Below are positions 1-12,800 of a DNA stretch of 64,000 nt, in pieces (the first letter of the stretch is position 1; each line of letters opens with the position of its first letter). A program made the translations under genes and the position numbers. A model generated the notes under the pieces. That model did no database searches. It worked only from the letters and a program-made list of their open reading frames with translations, and was not told where the DNA came from. Origin of the DNA: Podarcis vaucheri (taxonomy: Eukaryota); the NCBI GenBank assembly GCA_965113315.1, contig OZ220364.1, one strand, 5' to 3'.

Positions 1-1149
1 CAGTGGATTTCAGCCCTTTTAGGTTATAGGAAACAAACCTTTTTTTTTTTTTTTGTACCGTGGCCCTTTCTCCCTGCCCCTGACATTCACCCTACAAAGT
101 AAAAACAGGTAATGCATTGTAAAATGTTGAAAGACCCAAGCATCCGGTGGAACCCTGGTTGGAAAAGGTGCAGTCTAGAAGGCAGCAAGCACATAGGTGG
201 GTGTCTGCCTATAAGGCACACCGTTTTTCAATGCCTGGAACCCAGTGTAAGGGGTCACCCAAGGGGTGCATTTGGCTACAGAAGAAATCCTGTCATTTAA
301 GTTATAGCGGCTCATACCCTTTGAGATACTGTAAATCCCTCAAAAGAAACATAATGGCTGGGGATACTGTATTTTAGTTGTATTGCCTTCACTCTGAACT
401 ATCACCTTAAGTTTTAAGTACAAAATTCTGAAGGCTTGCCAAAAGTAGTATATTACTCTCTGGGCACTAGGTTCATAAATGATAAATCTGTCTCCCTTCC
501 GTAGGAGCCTTGAGTGTAATCTCAAATCAAGGCTAGGCCAGGAGAAGACAATCTCAGTGACATCATTCTTACTGAAAACATTGCAAAAAGTGCATACCCT
601 TTCAAGAAATAGTGTGGCTAACAAATACAAATGAACAGGAGGGAATAAATTTGAATTTGCACACCATAACCGAGCTAATGGCAAATATGATGACCTGCAG
701 TGGAACAGATAAGTGTGTGTGCTGCCCAGAGCCTGCTGGTAACCATTTTTAAAAATCCAACATAAAATCTTTTCTAGAAGTCTTACTTTCCCGCCCTCAA
801 CTTTGCTCCCGGCATTTGAAAGCAAGCCCAAATAATAGCTATTTTGGGATTGGGTTAGGAAAATCTAGGGGAATGGGCTGCCATTGCAATGGAGCAGCCT
901 TTTTCTCCATGCTCTTGCTGTTCTAAACTAGGTGCACAGGTGGCACAGTTGAGATACCCTGTTTCAAAGTGGTGTCAAATTTTGGAGTTTGTGCTGTTTG
1001 CTGAACCTCTTACTTCCACAAGTCCAAATGGTTGCTATGCCAGTGAATATGTTAAGAACTGGCTGCCTTTCATTCTAGGTCTGCAGTCCTACATAGGAGC
1101 TTGTTCACCGTAGGTATGTCCCAGTTTGGTCACTTCCAGAGTCATAATA

Positions 1150-1290
1150 TCATAAAACTGTAGAGTTGGAAGGGACAAGGGTCATCTAGTCCAACCCCCT
1201 GCAGTGCGGGAATCTTTTCTCAATGGGGGGCGGGGCTTGAACCCATGATCTTTGAGGCCGAGTCTCATGCTCTACCGACTGAGCTATCCT
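1150..1290 (-). mobile_element. tRNA-derived SINE with CR1-like tail
   Basis: tRNA-like head on the minus strand (ggatagctcagtcggtagagcatgagact) and a tail matching the CR1 3' end seen at 31370-31430. Confidence 0.7.
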
Positions 1291-2095
1291 GTTTCAAGTG
1301 ACAGTTAACCTGGTTTTCTCAAGCTGCCAAATCTAGTTTATAACAATACTGTCCTTCCTTTGCCCATGTTCTAATCTCTTGCTCATGCCAGTAAAAAGCA
1401 TAGTTCTTCTGTGTATTCCAGTTACCAAGGAAACTGACCACAGTAGCTTATCGTGTTTCCGCTAATTGTCTTAAGAGCAAATTCCTTGTAGTACTGCAGC
1501 AGGACAAAGTTTTTTAAAATTAACAAATTCACTTGGCTCTTATGCAACGAGGTGATAGTTGGTGTTTCCCAGTCCAGGCACTCGTGAATAAACTGAGCCG
1601 TAAACTTTGTTTTGAACGGTGGTCCTGCAGAATAGTGGGTTGCTGGCAAAATGAGAACTGTTTGTAAGCAAGGCAAAAGGTCCTATTGGGTGTCACTCTG
1701 GACTGTGTTGAAAAGAATTCTTTGGATTGCAGTGCAGAACTAACCCAGCTAGTAAATGCCAGTAATAAACCTGAATAACTGTTCTTCTTTTTAGTAAATA
1801 TTTAACGCTGGCCCCCAGGATCTGACTAATTCCCAGGGCTGCAAGTACATACTTGCGAGATTGCTCATTTTAGTATTGATCACTCATGTGAGGTTCACAA
1901 TGGACTGTAAGTAGGAGAAGGGGCAGAATGTTACTACTGTTTTGAACGTGTCCCAGGTTTTAAAATGCATGGGTGACAACCAAAGATGTATTTGGAACAA
2001 ATTACAGCAATTTCTGAAGAACTAGCATCTGAAAGTGAGAAGGCCACCAGCTAAATACTTAAACGATTCACTGTTGGAAAAACAGAAAAGAACTA

Positions 2096-2307
2096 CAGTG
2101 GTACCTCGGGTTACAGATGCTTCAGGTTACAGACTCTGCTAACCCAGAAATAGTACCTCAGGTTAAGAACTTTGCTTCAGGATGAGAACAGAAATCGTGC
2201 GGCAGCGGGAGATCCCATTAGCTAAAGTGGTACCTCAGGTTAAGAACAGTTTCAGGTTAAGAACGGACCTCCGGAACGAATTAAGTTCTTAACCTGAGGT
2301 GCCACTA
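2096..2307. mobile_element. Tc1/mariner-type MITE
   Basis: TA-flanked TIR CAGTGGTACCTC...GAGGTGCCACTA; same family at 4492 and 31976. Confidence 0.85.
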
Positions 2308-2416
2308 TATGCTAAATTTGTCTTCTCTAGCATACAGTCGGCTGATCGGTGGAGATGTCTTGTCGCTATTTTATTTTGGATTGTTTTATTTGCTGTTTTA
2401 ATGTGCTTTAAACTGC

Positions 2417-3066
2417 TGTTATAATAATTTTAAGGTCTTAGATAGATAATAAATGTTCATAAATGTACCAAGCAAACACGTACATAAATATATATATAAA
2501 CCACATGTCTGAAGCAGCACAGGAAGACAGTCCTGAAACCATTTTAACTCCCAAACTGACGAAATGTTTCTCTGCAAGGAGGGAGAAAATGAAAAAAACA
2601 CACCTTCCCATTGTCCCAGGAATTAAGTAATTACTATCTCAAAAGGAATGGCTACCAGACTACCAGAAAAGGCAATCAGATAAGGCATTACCAGATAACC
2701 TGGCAGACAGGAAAAACAACAACCTTCAAATTTCTGTTGTAGACCACCTTTTCTGTGATGTGGGGGGTGGTCTTGGGCTACACCCCTTCTGTGATATATG
2801 TATAGAGGGGTGGTCTGGAGCTCCAGGGCAGGGAATTTCAAAATGGATATATAAGGCCTTGTGCGCCATTTTTCGAGGTCGTCCTCTCTCCTGTGTGTAG
2901 GGGAGCACCCTGTTGCAACAGTCAATAAAGATCAGGCTTACTAGCTGCTTTGCTTCTCAATATTCTCTGGTTGGTCTCTGTTATTTTCTCCTACCGATAG
3001 AGAACCTACAAAAGGACTCTTGGGTACCCCATAAGGGGAAAGGAGCAGTTTTTAAAACTTATATCA
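2417..3066 (+). mobile_element. Solo LTR (ERV/Gypsy-like, 650 bp)
   Basis: TGTTATAA...TTATATCA ends, 4-bp TSD CTGC (2413-2416 / 3067-3070), TATATAA 2848-2854, AATAAA 2924-2929. Confidence 0.8.
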
Positions 3067-3109
3067 CTGCATAAAATGATATAGAAATGAAACGAATAAT
3101 GATGATTAA

Positions 3110-3944
3110 CAGTGGCGTAGCGTGGGTTGTCAGCACCCGGGGCAAGGCAAGTAATTTGCGCCCCCTAACCCGTGGATTTTAGCACTCGAGTCTCTTCCAC
3201 TAGATTAGTTAAAGAAACCCTTACCCCCTAAGCACATGTATTGTTTGTTATGAAAATACTGATGTAATTAAAGTAAAATGCATCTAAAGACAAGTTTATT
3301 TTCAAACACTTTATTGAGTGCGAACATGCATTACACATTCTCCACATTTTCAGCAGGTCTATGAATACAAATTTACAAATGTAGTAACCTGGCATGGGCC
3401 ATGCTATTATATGTCGTCTCACAACCATCGTAAACGACAAAAAATATCAAGAACAAAAACTAAACATCAAAATGGAACCATACCCTGGAGATGATCCAAG
3501 ACTGGGCTAGATGGAGCCAACTTCCTCAATCCTGTACCTCTAATTGTAATTCTTTAATAGAAGTGCAAGATATCAATCTTCAATCCATCTGGTCAGCTCA
3601 ACATGCAGAATGACCAGTGTGCCCCCTTTCAATGCAGAGAGACTTACCTGCAGCGGTGGCTTCTACTCAGTTCCCCGCGTCTCCTTGAGTCCTCCCGCCT
3701 CCTGCTCGGCAGCTCAGCCAATTGCATGCATTCGCCTTTTGGCCAATGAGGAAGTGGATCCCACTTCCTGATTGGCTAGGAGGAGGATCCGTGTGACAAT
3801 AGCGAAATTTTTGCGAAATCTGTGACAGCGCTGAGAGAGAGTGAGTGAGCCAGGTAGGGGCAGAGAGCTGTGAGTGCGAGCGCCCCCCCCAGATGTTGCG
3901 CCCGGTGCGGCCGGCCCCCCCTGCACCCCCACGCTACGCCACTG
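3110..3944. mobile_element. Non-autonomous hAT DNA transposon (835 bp)
   Basis: Perfect 17-bp TIR CAGTGGCGTAGCGTGGG and perfect 8-bp TSD ATGATTAA (3102-3109 / 3945-3952). Confidence 0.9.
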
Positions 3945-4491
3945 ATGATTAAATCCCCACTCCCAAAAGGTAACTAGACAGTCTTGTTGTTATGACCGTA
4001 ACCTAGGTTGAAGGTGCCATTTGGCAATGAGCTTATATATGAGCTTCTAACACAGCTCTGGATGTTGTTGGACCATAACTCCCATCTGTGACCATTGGCT
4101 TTGCTCACTGGGGCTGATGGTAGTTCAGTAACACATGCAGGGCCACAAGTTATCTGCCTATGCTCTAGTCGTCACCACACAAGATCATATGAAGGTCTCC
4201 CCATTGTTTCTATAGACGCAGTTGCAGCCTTAAATTTGGAGCACTTTTGACCTGCGGTGCCTGTATCCCTATGGAAGCCTGCTTCTGCCTGAACCGTTTT
4301 TCTTCAGTGATGCTTGTAAATCTTTCCCTGTGGCTAATGGCTCTAAGCAACTCAATTCATTACATTATAGCTCTATCCCTCTGCAGCTAATGTAGGACCT
4401 GCCCTAATATGACTGCATATTATCTAAAATACAATGACTCAGTTAGGAAATGCGCAGGTAAAAATTTGGTGCCTGCTACCCAAAGACATTA

Positions 4492-4717
4492 CAGTGGTAC
4501 CTTGGGTTACATACGCTTCAGGTTACAGACTCTGCTAACCCAGAAATATTGCTTCAGGTTAAGAACTTTGATTCAGGATGAGAACAAAAATCATGCTCCA
4601 GCGGTGCGGCAGCAGCAGGAGGCCCCATTAGCTAAAGTGGTGCTTCAGGTAAAGAACAGTTTCGGGTTAAGTACGGACCTCTGGAACGAATTAAGTACTT
4701 AACCTGAGGTACCACTG
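4492..4717. mobile_element. Tc1/mariner-type MITE
   Basis: TA|CAGTGGTACCT...AGGTACCACTG|TA; homologous to 2096-2307. Confidence 0.88.
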
Positions 4718-5258
4718 TACTAGTTCTTGAGTAGAAATGTTTTCCACATAAGGAGGAAATGTCCAATTGGTGCAAAATGAGTTCCTACACTTTGTGCAAC
4801 TTTTGGTTCACTGGTGGAATTACTTTAGGCTACTGTTTTCTTGCAAGCCCTTGCAGATGTGAGAAGAGGCGATTGCACACCCCTTTAAATCTTGTGTGCA
4901 TATTGTAGCTGTATACTGAATTGAGCAATGACCCTCTGGAATCCGACAAATCTCAGACTTCACATGTTAAAAGACCAGTATGCAGCCACAAAGCTAACTT
5001 ATCTTCAGCAGTTGATCTGCCCTGCAAACCTGGCTTGTGTGAGTCTACAGCTTAAATGTTGCAATATAACTAAACACTGTTCCTCAGGCCATGTACCTTA
5101 ATAACCTCCAGACTGAAGCTGTATTGCTTAAACAGTTTTAAGATGCAATTAACAAATGACAGTGGCTAGATAGAAATTCCACTGTTAATTGCTCATGAAA
5201 TATATTTGTGCTTGGGGCCAGAAACATTACAATAGAGTTTTGCAATGGAGAGAGTTGT

Positions 5259-5316
5259 GTTGAGCAGTTCCTCATCATAGTCTGAGAGTTGAGCAGTTCC
5301 TCATCATGGTCTGTGA
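5259..5316. repeat. 29-bp tandem duplication
   Basis: GTTGAGCAGTTCCTCATCATAGTCTGAGA followed by a near-identical copy. Confidence 0.85.
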
Positions 5317-6600
5317 GTCCTGGTCTAGTTCAAACAGACCTGGCAAACAGGGCTTGATGTGAGTCCTGAAAATATTTGGATAAGAGTTCCCAGGAAGGAC
5401 TTGTTTTCGTAACTATGAATCTTTAAATTTCCCTGGTGTGATTTTGGTTTTACTACTGGCCAGAGTGGTGGTACACTGCAAACCGCTTCATAAGTTTTCT
5501 AGCCGCAGTATCACTTATGCAAGGACTCATTTTAAGTTTATTTCTAGATCTCTTTGGTACCCAGTCACAAATAGCTGTTGTAAGAGTCAATATAGAAATG
5601 AACTTTTGCTTATTATACATCTGAGCCAGGTAGTAGGGAAGCTTGCTTTCCAAGTCCAGTTTTGTCGGCATGATGCCATTTTAGAAGCACATTCATCTAT
5701 TTGGCTTTCTAGTTTCATCAACATACTGATGTGTCCCGGGCAAATGTTGACTAGGGTACTAAGGAATTTCTAGCTTGGTAGAAAGTCTGCTACTAATAGT
5801 TGAGTGATAAGGAGGGGAAATACTTGGACTAAAAATAACATTTTCATATTGATGTGAATAAGCTATAGCCAAATATGCAACAGGATAGAAATCTAGCTGT
5901 GTAAATGCTCCTTTTGTTCTCTAAATTCTAAATGACTGATGCAGATTGGTTCAATCTTGTCTTTGTATATCTTATTCACCATGTAATGTAGCTTTCTACA
6001 AGAAAGGTTTGTGTTGTAGAAATAGCTCATGGTTTCCACCCCCATTTTTAAACTCAAGGTCTGTTGCTGCCAATCTGCTTAATTTTGCAATTATGCAGAT
6101 TCTGTAAGAAGCTGAGTAAAACATTAATCTTAAATCATGGTTGATTCACTCTTGAAGAGAAACCAGAGCAAAGGATTTCTACCCTTTTGGGATATCCACC
6201 AGTTAGTATGATTGGCTTACTGCCACTTACTATGGATGTACATAATGAAAGTTATAAACCGTGTTTATGCTCTCCTTCAGGGCAAGGTCTTAGATTGAGG
6301 ACAATAAGCTGGTTGTCCTAGTTCCCAAGTTCACATTATTATGATCTGTCTGTTGACAGTAGATAGCTGAACTAATGGCTTGAGAAGAAACTTGGAGGAA
6401 GCTACTCCAACCATGAATCAAGTAAAGTATGTGTAAAAAGATCTCAACAGAGACCTAGGTAGATAAAAAGAACCAATGTGTCTGCGTGGTTAGATTGATG
6501 GCTCAAAGCAAATGCCTTTAAGTGGATTTGTTACCTTTCAGCTTGACTTGATGCCTAATGGTGGTTTTAGTAGTAATTCTGTGTTTTTTCTTCTTTTCAG

Positions 6601-6849
6601 ATAGTAAAGCTATTGTTGATGGGAACTTGAAGCTAATCCTAGGGTTAGTATGGACCCTTATCCTCCATTACTCAATCTCTATGCCAGTGTGGGAAGATGA
6701 AGGAGATGACGATGCCAAGAAACAGACTCCCAAACAGAGACTCTTGGGATGGATTCAGAACAAAATCCCTTATTTGCCAATAACAAACTTCAACCAAAAC
6801 TGGCAAGATGGCAAAGCATTAGGTGCCCTCGTTGATAGCTGTGCTCCAG
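6601..6849 (+). CDS. FLNB: FLNB exon 2 (249 nt, CH1-CH2)
   Basis: ttttcag|ATAGT...CCAG|gtaag; [24 protein letters not shown]...DSCAP. Confidence 0.97.
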
Positions 6850-9800
6850 GTAAGCCACCTGTGACCTTTCCATTTTCTCACCCTATGTCAGTAGCAGTTG
6901 ATTTATCTTTACCTTAATGTAAATAAGATTCCCTTGCTTTGAGAAGTCCTGTACTTGACTAGAAGTCACACCTATGAAAACAAGCTCTAAATGTCTGTAT
7001 AAAGGTCAGGAACCCTTAATGAAGGTTTCACAACTTTTAGGCATTGCTTTAAGTTTGCAATGCATCTTAAAAAAAACTTGGTACATATTTTATGGATTCC
7101 AAAATGACCAATCATAGTTCAGCACGTTTTTAGCTTCATGAAGTATTGCACGGATTCTGAAATCTTTTCTACAGTTGTTTTTTTAACAAAATATTTTGGA
7201 TGTAAATGCAGCAGTAGAGCTGTTTTGTCATGTTTAGGAGCTGTTACCTTTGCTGCACCCAACTCTCAAGTGAATGAGAAGACTATTGGCTATGTTAACC
7301 TTCTTGTGGTCCAGGAGTAGCCAGTAGCCTTATAGATGTTGGCACCTGTTTCTGAGCTAAGAAAAGAAGGATGTTGGTGGACTAAACCTGCTGTCACCCC
7401 TGGCCCCTGGCATGGGCTGGTGAGAGTGTGGCAGAAGACCATTTTGGCTACTCCTGCTGTTGTCAATAGGATTCTTTAGCATCTTATTTGTTCCTCCTTC
7501 TGGCGAAACAACAATTTTCTGAAAATTCAGCACTGCAGAACAACTTGATAAATGTTGCATCCAGAATTTCAGGATAATCCTTAGTTATTGCATATTGTAA
7601 ATTAGAGAGCAGTTTGTCAGAATCATAGAATTTGACAAGACTGGCATCATGGATTACTGGAAAAGCCAATCAGTGGTTCAGCAGTCAGTGTTGCTCAGTG
7701 GATAGTTGGCAGTTCCAATCCGTTAGATCTCAAGTTGGCATTGAATCTCTTTCCTCACAAATGGGAGTGGAGGCCAAACAATACAAACAGGATTTATCTC
7801 ACATATCCCGATTTTGCAGTCTGAAAACCTTGGCTACCAGGCTATAATCTCCACTTCCTACTCTGTGCAATGCAAGTGCACTTCTGTGGGTAGACCTTGA
7901 CTGTTACTAGCTAAAATTAAAATGGATTTATGCTAAGTGTAAATGCTTCTGGATGTTCATAGTATTTTAAACGTTATAATTCTTGCTTCGCTAGGTCTCT
8001 GCCCAGACTGGGAAACCTGGGACCCAAAGAAGCCTGTTGATAATGCCCGTGAAGCCATGCAGCAAGCAGATGACTGGCTGGGTGTCCCTCAGGTATGGAG
8101 AAGAGAAATGACATTTGAGCTTCAGCATATCCAGGTGGCAGGATATGAACAGAAATAATTTTACTTGTAGCATCTGATGGTCCCTGTCCCACAAATTCAG
8201 CTGTGCTTAAAAATACCTGCTGTGGTATGAAATGTCACCGTCTCAAATGATTAAAAACAGTGGGTCCTCCACACAGAATGCGTTTGTTGAGACTGCTTCC
8301 TTGAAAGCTGCCTCTTGAGTGTACAGTAAGCCCGTAACTTATGCATGGGTTACATTCTGGGAATCGTGCCTAAATCCAAAGTTCTGTGTAGTCAGTAGAC
8401 ATTGGGTTCAATGGTAGGTGGAATTGGCAGTTGCTACCTGGATGCCCTCACACCCCTTTTATTTTTATTTGCCAAGCCTGTAAAGCTGAATGCACACAAA
8501 TTAAAAGTGCGTAAATCACAAACTTACAATATTGAAAAACTCGCGTTTCCCCTCTCATTTTTACAAGGATAGAAGCCCCCCTTCCCCCTTCCTTTGAAGG
8601 TTGGGCTGGATCCTATCCCTGCTAGAAACACTTCTATAGTTTCCTCTGCCTTTATTGAAATGACTCATGTTATGCCCATTATTTGCTCCAGTAAAAGAAA
8701 GCACTTACGACTTACTGTGCCAGTGCCAGTTCAATAAATCTGCCTAGCTGCCCTCAGTGTTTCTCTATGATTAAGACCCTTGTCTGCTGTTATGTACTTT
8801 TGAATTGGTCCTACTGAAGTATTTATTTGACAGGTCTAAAAAAGTTTGTACATAGAACCTAGGCAGTGTTTAGGGGGACCAGTCAAACACTCAGTGCAAC
8901 TTCAAGCGATTGGCTGTTGGGAGGAAGGTGGCATCATAACTTTTTGACTGGCAGTAGTAACTCAACTGCAAATGACCCAGCTACAAAGCTATGTGTGCAA
9001 ATAAAGTGCACTTATTCTATGTGTTGCAATTACATGGCGTAATCTTTCAAAAGGCTTCTTGCTCTTAGGAATGCTACTGGTTAACTATATTTCCAAACTT
9101 TGGGAATTATTGGACGGGCAGTGATTTGGATGTGTAGGAATGTATGAGGGGAACTCTGATTCACATGTTGTAATCCTAATGAAAATATGTCCTTATTTAC
9201 CAGGTCATCGCTCCCGAAGAAATCATACACCCTGATGTGGATGAACACTCTGTAATGACCTACTTGTCACAGTTTCCCAAAGCAAAGCTGAAACCTGGTG
9301 CTCCTTTGAAGCCTAAGCTTAATCCAAAAAAGGCAAGGGCGTATGGCAGAGGTGAGGTCTAAAATGCTTTTCTTATAACTTATGTGTATTGTTACTTATA
9401 TCTTGTTACATACATTCAAAACTATTGTGCTTTAAAAGACCAGTTGGTTCTTGCTCTATTTAAATCATGTTTGTAGACTTCCAAGTTGTATTGTATTCGT
9501 TTAGTGCAGTGCTGAGATTCAGAAAAATGTGGAAATAATCCAAAAGCCACTCCTACTTTCACATGAAAATTCCCACTTTGAGAACCAGTTTAGCAAGGCT
9601 ATTGTCTTGTTCTAAGCTGTAAACCTAAACTTCATCACTGTCAGTGGGAGGGGACCAGTTGCTTCGTGTAAGGCAGTGGTTCCCAAACATTTTTCCATCA
9701 TGGACCACCTGGAAAGTTGCAGAGGGTCCAGTCCACTTAATGGTATTTCTGCCTGTTGTAGCAATTGTAATGCACTATGCTGTATGGTTTTTAATTGTAT

Positions 9801-12800
9801 TTTGATTGCTGCTTTTATTTTGCACAAATTGCATCAGTTTGTTTTCAAATAATACAGCAAAATACAATATATCTTAGTGTATAATAAGATGGTAAGAATG
9901 TTGTTACACTGCAGTTTGCATGACTGCCCAGGCAGAGGGTTAGCAGGAAGGCATGCTAGGCAGGTGGGTGAATGGTTGGCCCAGGTGAGTGTTGTCAGTG
10001 GTGGCTGGTCTGGGCAAGTTATAGAGGAACATGCAGGGTTCCCCAGCAAACATCCTGCTGTTCTCCCTGTGAACCTCAGCAGCTTAGGTGACCTCACTAT
10101 GAGGCGTGTCTGCTGAGGAGCTTCCCTAACCTATTCCTCCATAGCTGACTTGGGCTGCCATTTGGCCAAGCTGTAAGGGGGGCATGGCTTGGGTGGGTGA
10201 GTGACTAGAGGTGGATGGAGGCAGGCTGGTGAGTGGGGTTGGAATGAGAGGGGATGGGATGAGAACCTGGAGAGGAACAGAAGTTCTACCGAAGGAAAAC
10301 AAGCAGGGATCCTGTGAAGACCATGAAAAACTAATGCACATGTATATTCACAAAGCCACCAAAATCTAGGGTATCAATGTTGTCAACGCTAGATTTTTTC
10401 TTTTTTAAGCAACACTAAGAATTTTAAAGCAAACTCCTAATTCACACACACAGATGAATACACAGTTCTTTTGGATTCTGCACACCTCCAAATTTTGAAA
10501 TACAACTCGCTACTCAAAACCTGTGCATTAGGATAAAATTCATTTGGAAATGTGTACATTGAGAAGTATGTATTTACATTTATTTTAAAAATGCAGTTTA
10601 ATATGACGGTAGCTAAGACCAGCTTCATCACCTTGTCTGTCAGTGGCAATTAACCACGTTAGCCACAAATTGAACTTCTCATATTTTGTGGCAGTGTTTC
10701 TTTTCTTCACCATTATGTCCTGATGCTACATTAAGAGCAAGGATAGCTACAAATTGGTGCTGATAATTCTCGGAAATAATGTACTTGCATCACAGTTTAG
10801 CAAGTAAAAACTTTCTGCATGTCGTCTTTACAGCCAGCTAAGCACAGCCTTTTATTCCTGCAGGAATTGAACCACATGGAAATATGGTGAAACAGCCTGC
10901 CAAATTCAGTGTAGACACCATCAGTGCTGGCCAAGGCGAGGTATTGGTTTTTGTAGAAGATCCAGAAGGAAACAGAGAAGAGGTATGCATATTGAGAGGT
11001 CTTGGGCCTGGGAAGGGAAATGGGTTGACCACTTGCTACTATCTTACACTATGGTAAAGGAATCCTCTTCAAGTATGTTGGCATTTGAGTGAGCTTCATG
11101 AATCATGAGGATGGACCATAGTTAAGGGGTACAGGCCATATAGAAGGTCCTAATTTTAGTCCCTGGCATTTTATTTATTTGATTATTTGTACTCTTAGCC
11201 CGCCTTTTACAAAAGGCTCTCCAGTGCAGGCTACAAAAATGTCTCTCTAAAAATAGGCACAATGTGTAGAATTAAAATTCTAAAATGACCACAGCAGCCA
11301 ATATGATACCCAGTGAAAAAGATTGAGAGACTTAAGCATGACTGAGTTGCCTAATGCCTTCCTCTTTCTTAGGCCCTGGTGACTCCTGACAACGATAAGA
11401 ACAAGACTTACGCTGTTCAGTACCTCCCAAAGGTTACAGGACCTCACAAGGTAAGAATGTCTGAAGATTCTGGAGGGAGAGGTGAGTTTTAGCTGCCAAG
11501 TACATTTTGCTCAGGACAATCTTGTTGTAATACTATCTCAAAACAAGTTGGTCTAGTTTTGTAGCTGTAGTTGAGAGCGACAACGTTCTCCCCCCCCTCC
11601 CCAGCTTAAAGTACTGATTGGCTGGTCTAACAATTGTTCAGGTAAAAGAGGAGGTGGAGGCAACACTGGTAGTCAGATTTATTTTAGAGTAGGTAAGCTG
11701 CCTTTTTTATCCTGCCTTCTCTTTTGGTGAGAAAGTGAACTATATGGTTGGTTGACGTTCAATGCCCTATTAAAATATGTTTTGCCTGTAAAAATGTGCA
11801 TAATTCATCTGGATATGGTAGCTGGCATACCACATTCAATGTTGGGCCTGCAGACACTTCTCCAGAAGCTTTGTGGTTTTTTTTAAATTGGCTTTTAAAA
11901 GCTTGTGAATTTAGAACTCCTCTGGATCTGCTATTGAGTGAATGCAAACTGGCTCCTGCAGTGGTGCATATCTAACTTGAATACTGTTACTACACTTCCA
12001 GGTTACAGTTCTGTTTGCTGGCCAGCACATTGCAAAGAGCCCGTTTGAAGTAAATGTTGATAAAGCCCAGGGAGATGCCAGCAAAGTGACCGCAAAAGGA
12101 CCAGGCTTGGAAGTAACAGGAAATATAGCCAATAAACCTACTTACTTTGAAATTTACACAGCAGGTAAGATGGGCTGAATAGATTCCTTCCTTTGTGACA
12201 TGGAGCTGTGAGCAGGCTTGCCTTCTCTTCGTATGGGCCATGATGTTGCTTCTCCCTACAGTGTCCACACAGGATAGGGACCCTGGGGCTCTGCAGATGT
12301 TTTTGGGCACTGAATCTCACCTTTCCAGACGTCAGGAGTGATGGGAATTGGATGCATAGCCAGAGACTCCTCCCCTGACACAGAGCACATGTGAGGGTGG
12401 AAGGAATGCACAGTGCTCCATGGATTGGGCATTTACTTTTATTAAAATTTTATTATTTGTGGTGTTTTGAAAGGGTTGTCTTTATTTCTGTTTTTAATTA
12501 ATATCATGCCACTTTATATAAACCACTGACATATTTTTTATGAAGTGGTATATGAATCTTGCTAGCTAGAATAAATACAAATAAATGGGTTAAGGATGCT
12601 CAAGATGCATTTGAAGCTTCAGGGTTCAATTTGAAATTCTTGGCCACAGTACTTAATAACACCTAGTTTGGACATGAAGGGGTGTATATCTGCTTTACAT
12701 CTCTTTGGTGTCCAGTACAGAAGCCTGCCTCATACCAACACTTACTAGTCTTCCAACATCTGGCCATGTAGCTTCGCTATTGTTTCTTCAGAAGTCACTT

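Noticed and set aside
340-831. 163-aa minus-strand ORF in intron 1
   Set aside because: No recognisable homology or coding features; consistent with chance.
5259-5316. Direct repeats as a CRISPR-like array
   Set aside because: Only two adjacent units, with no spacers, in a vertebrate intron.
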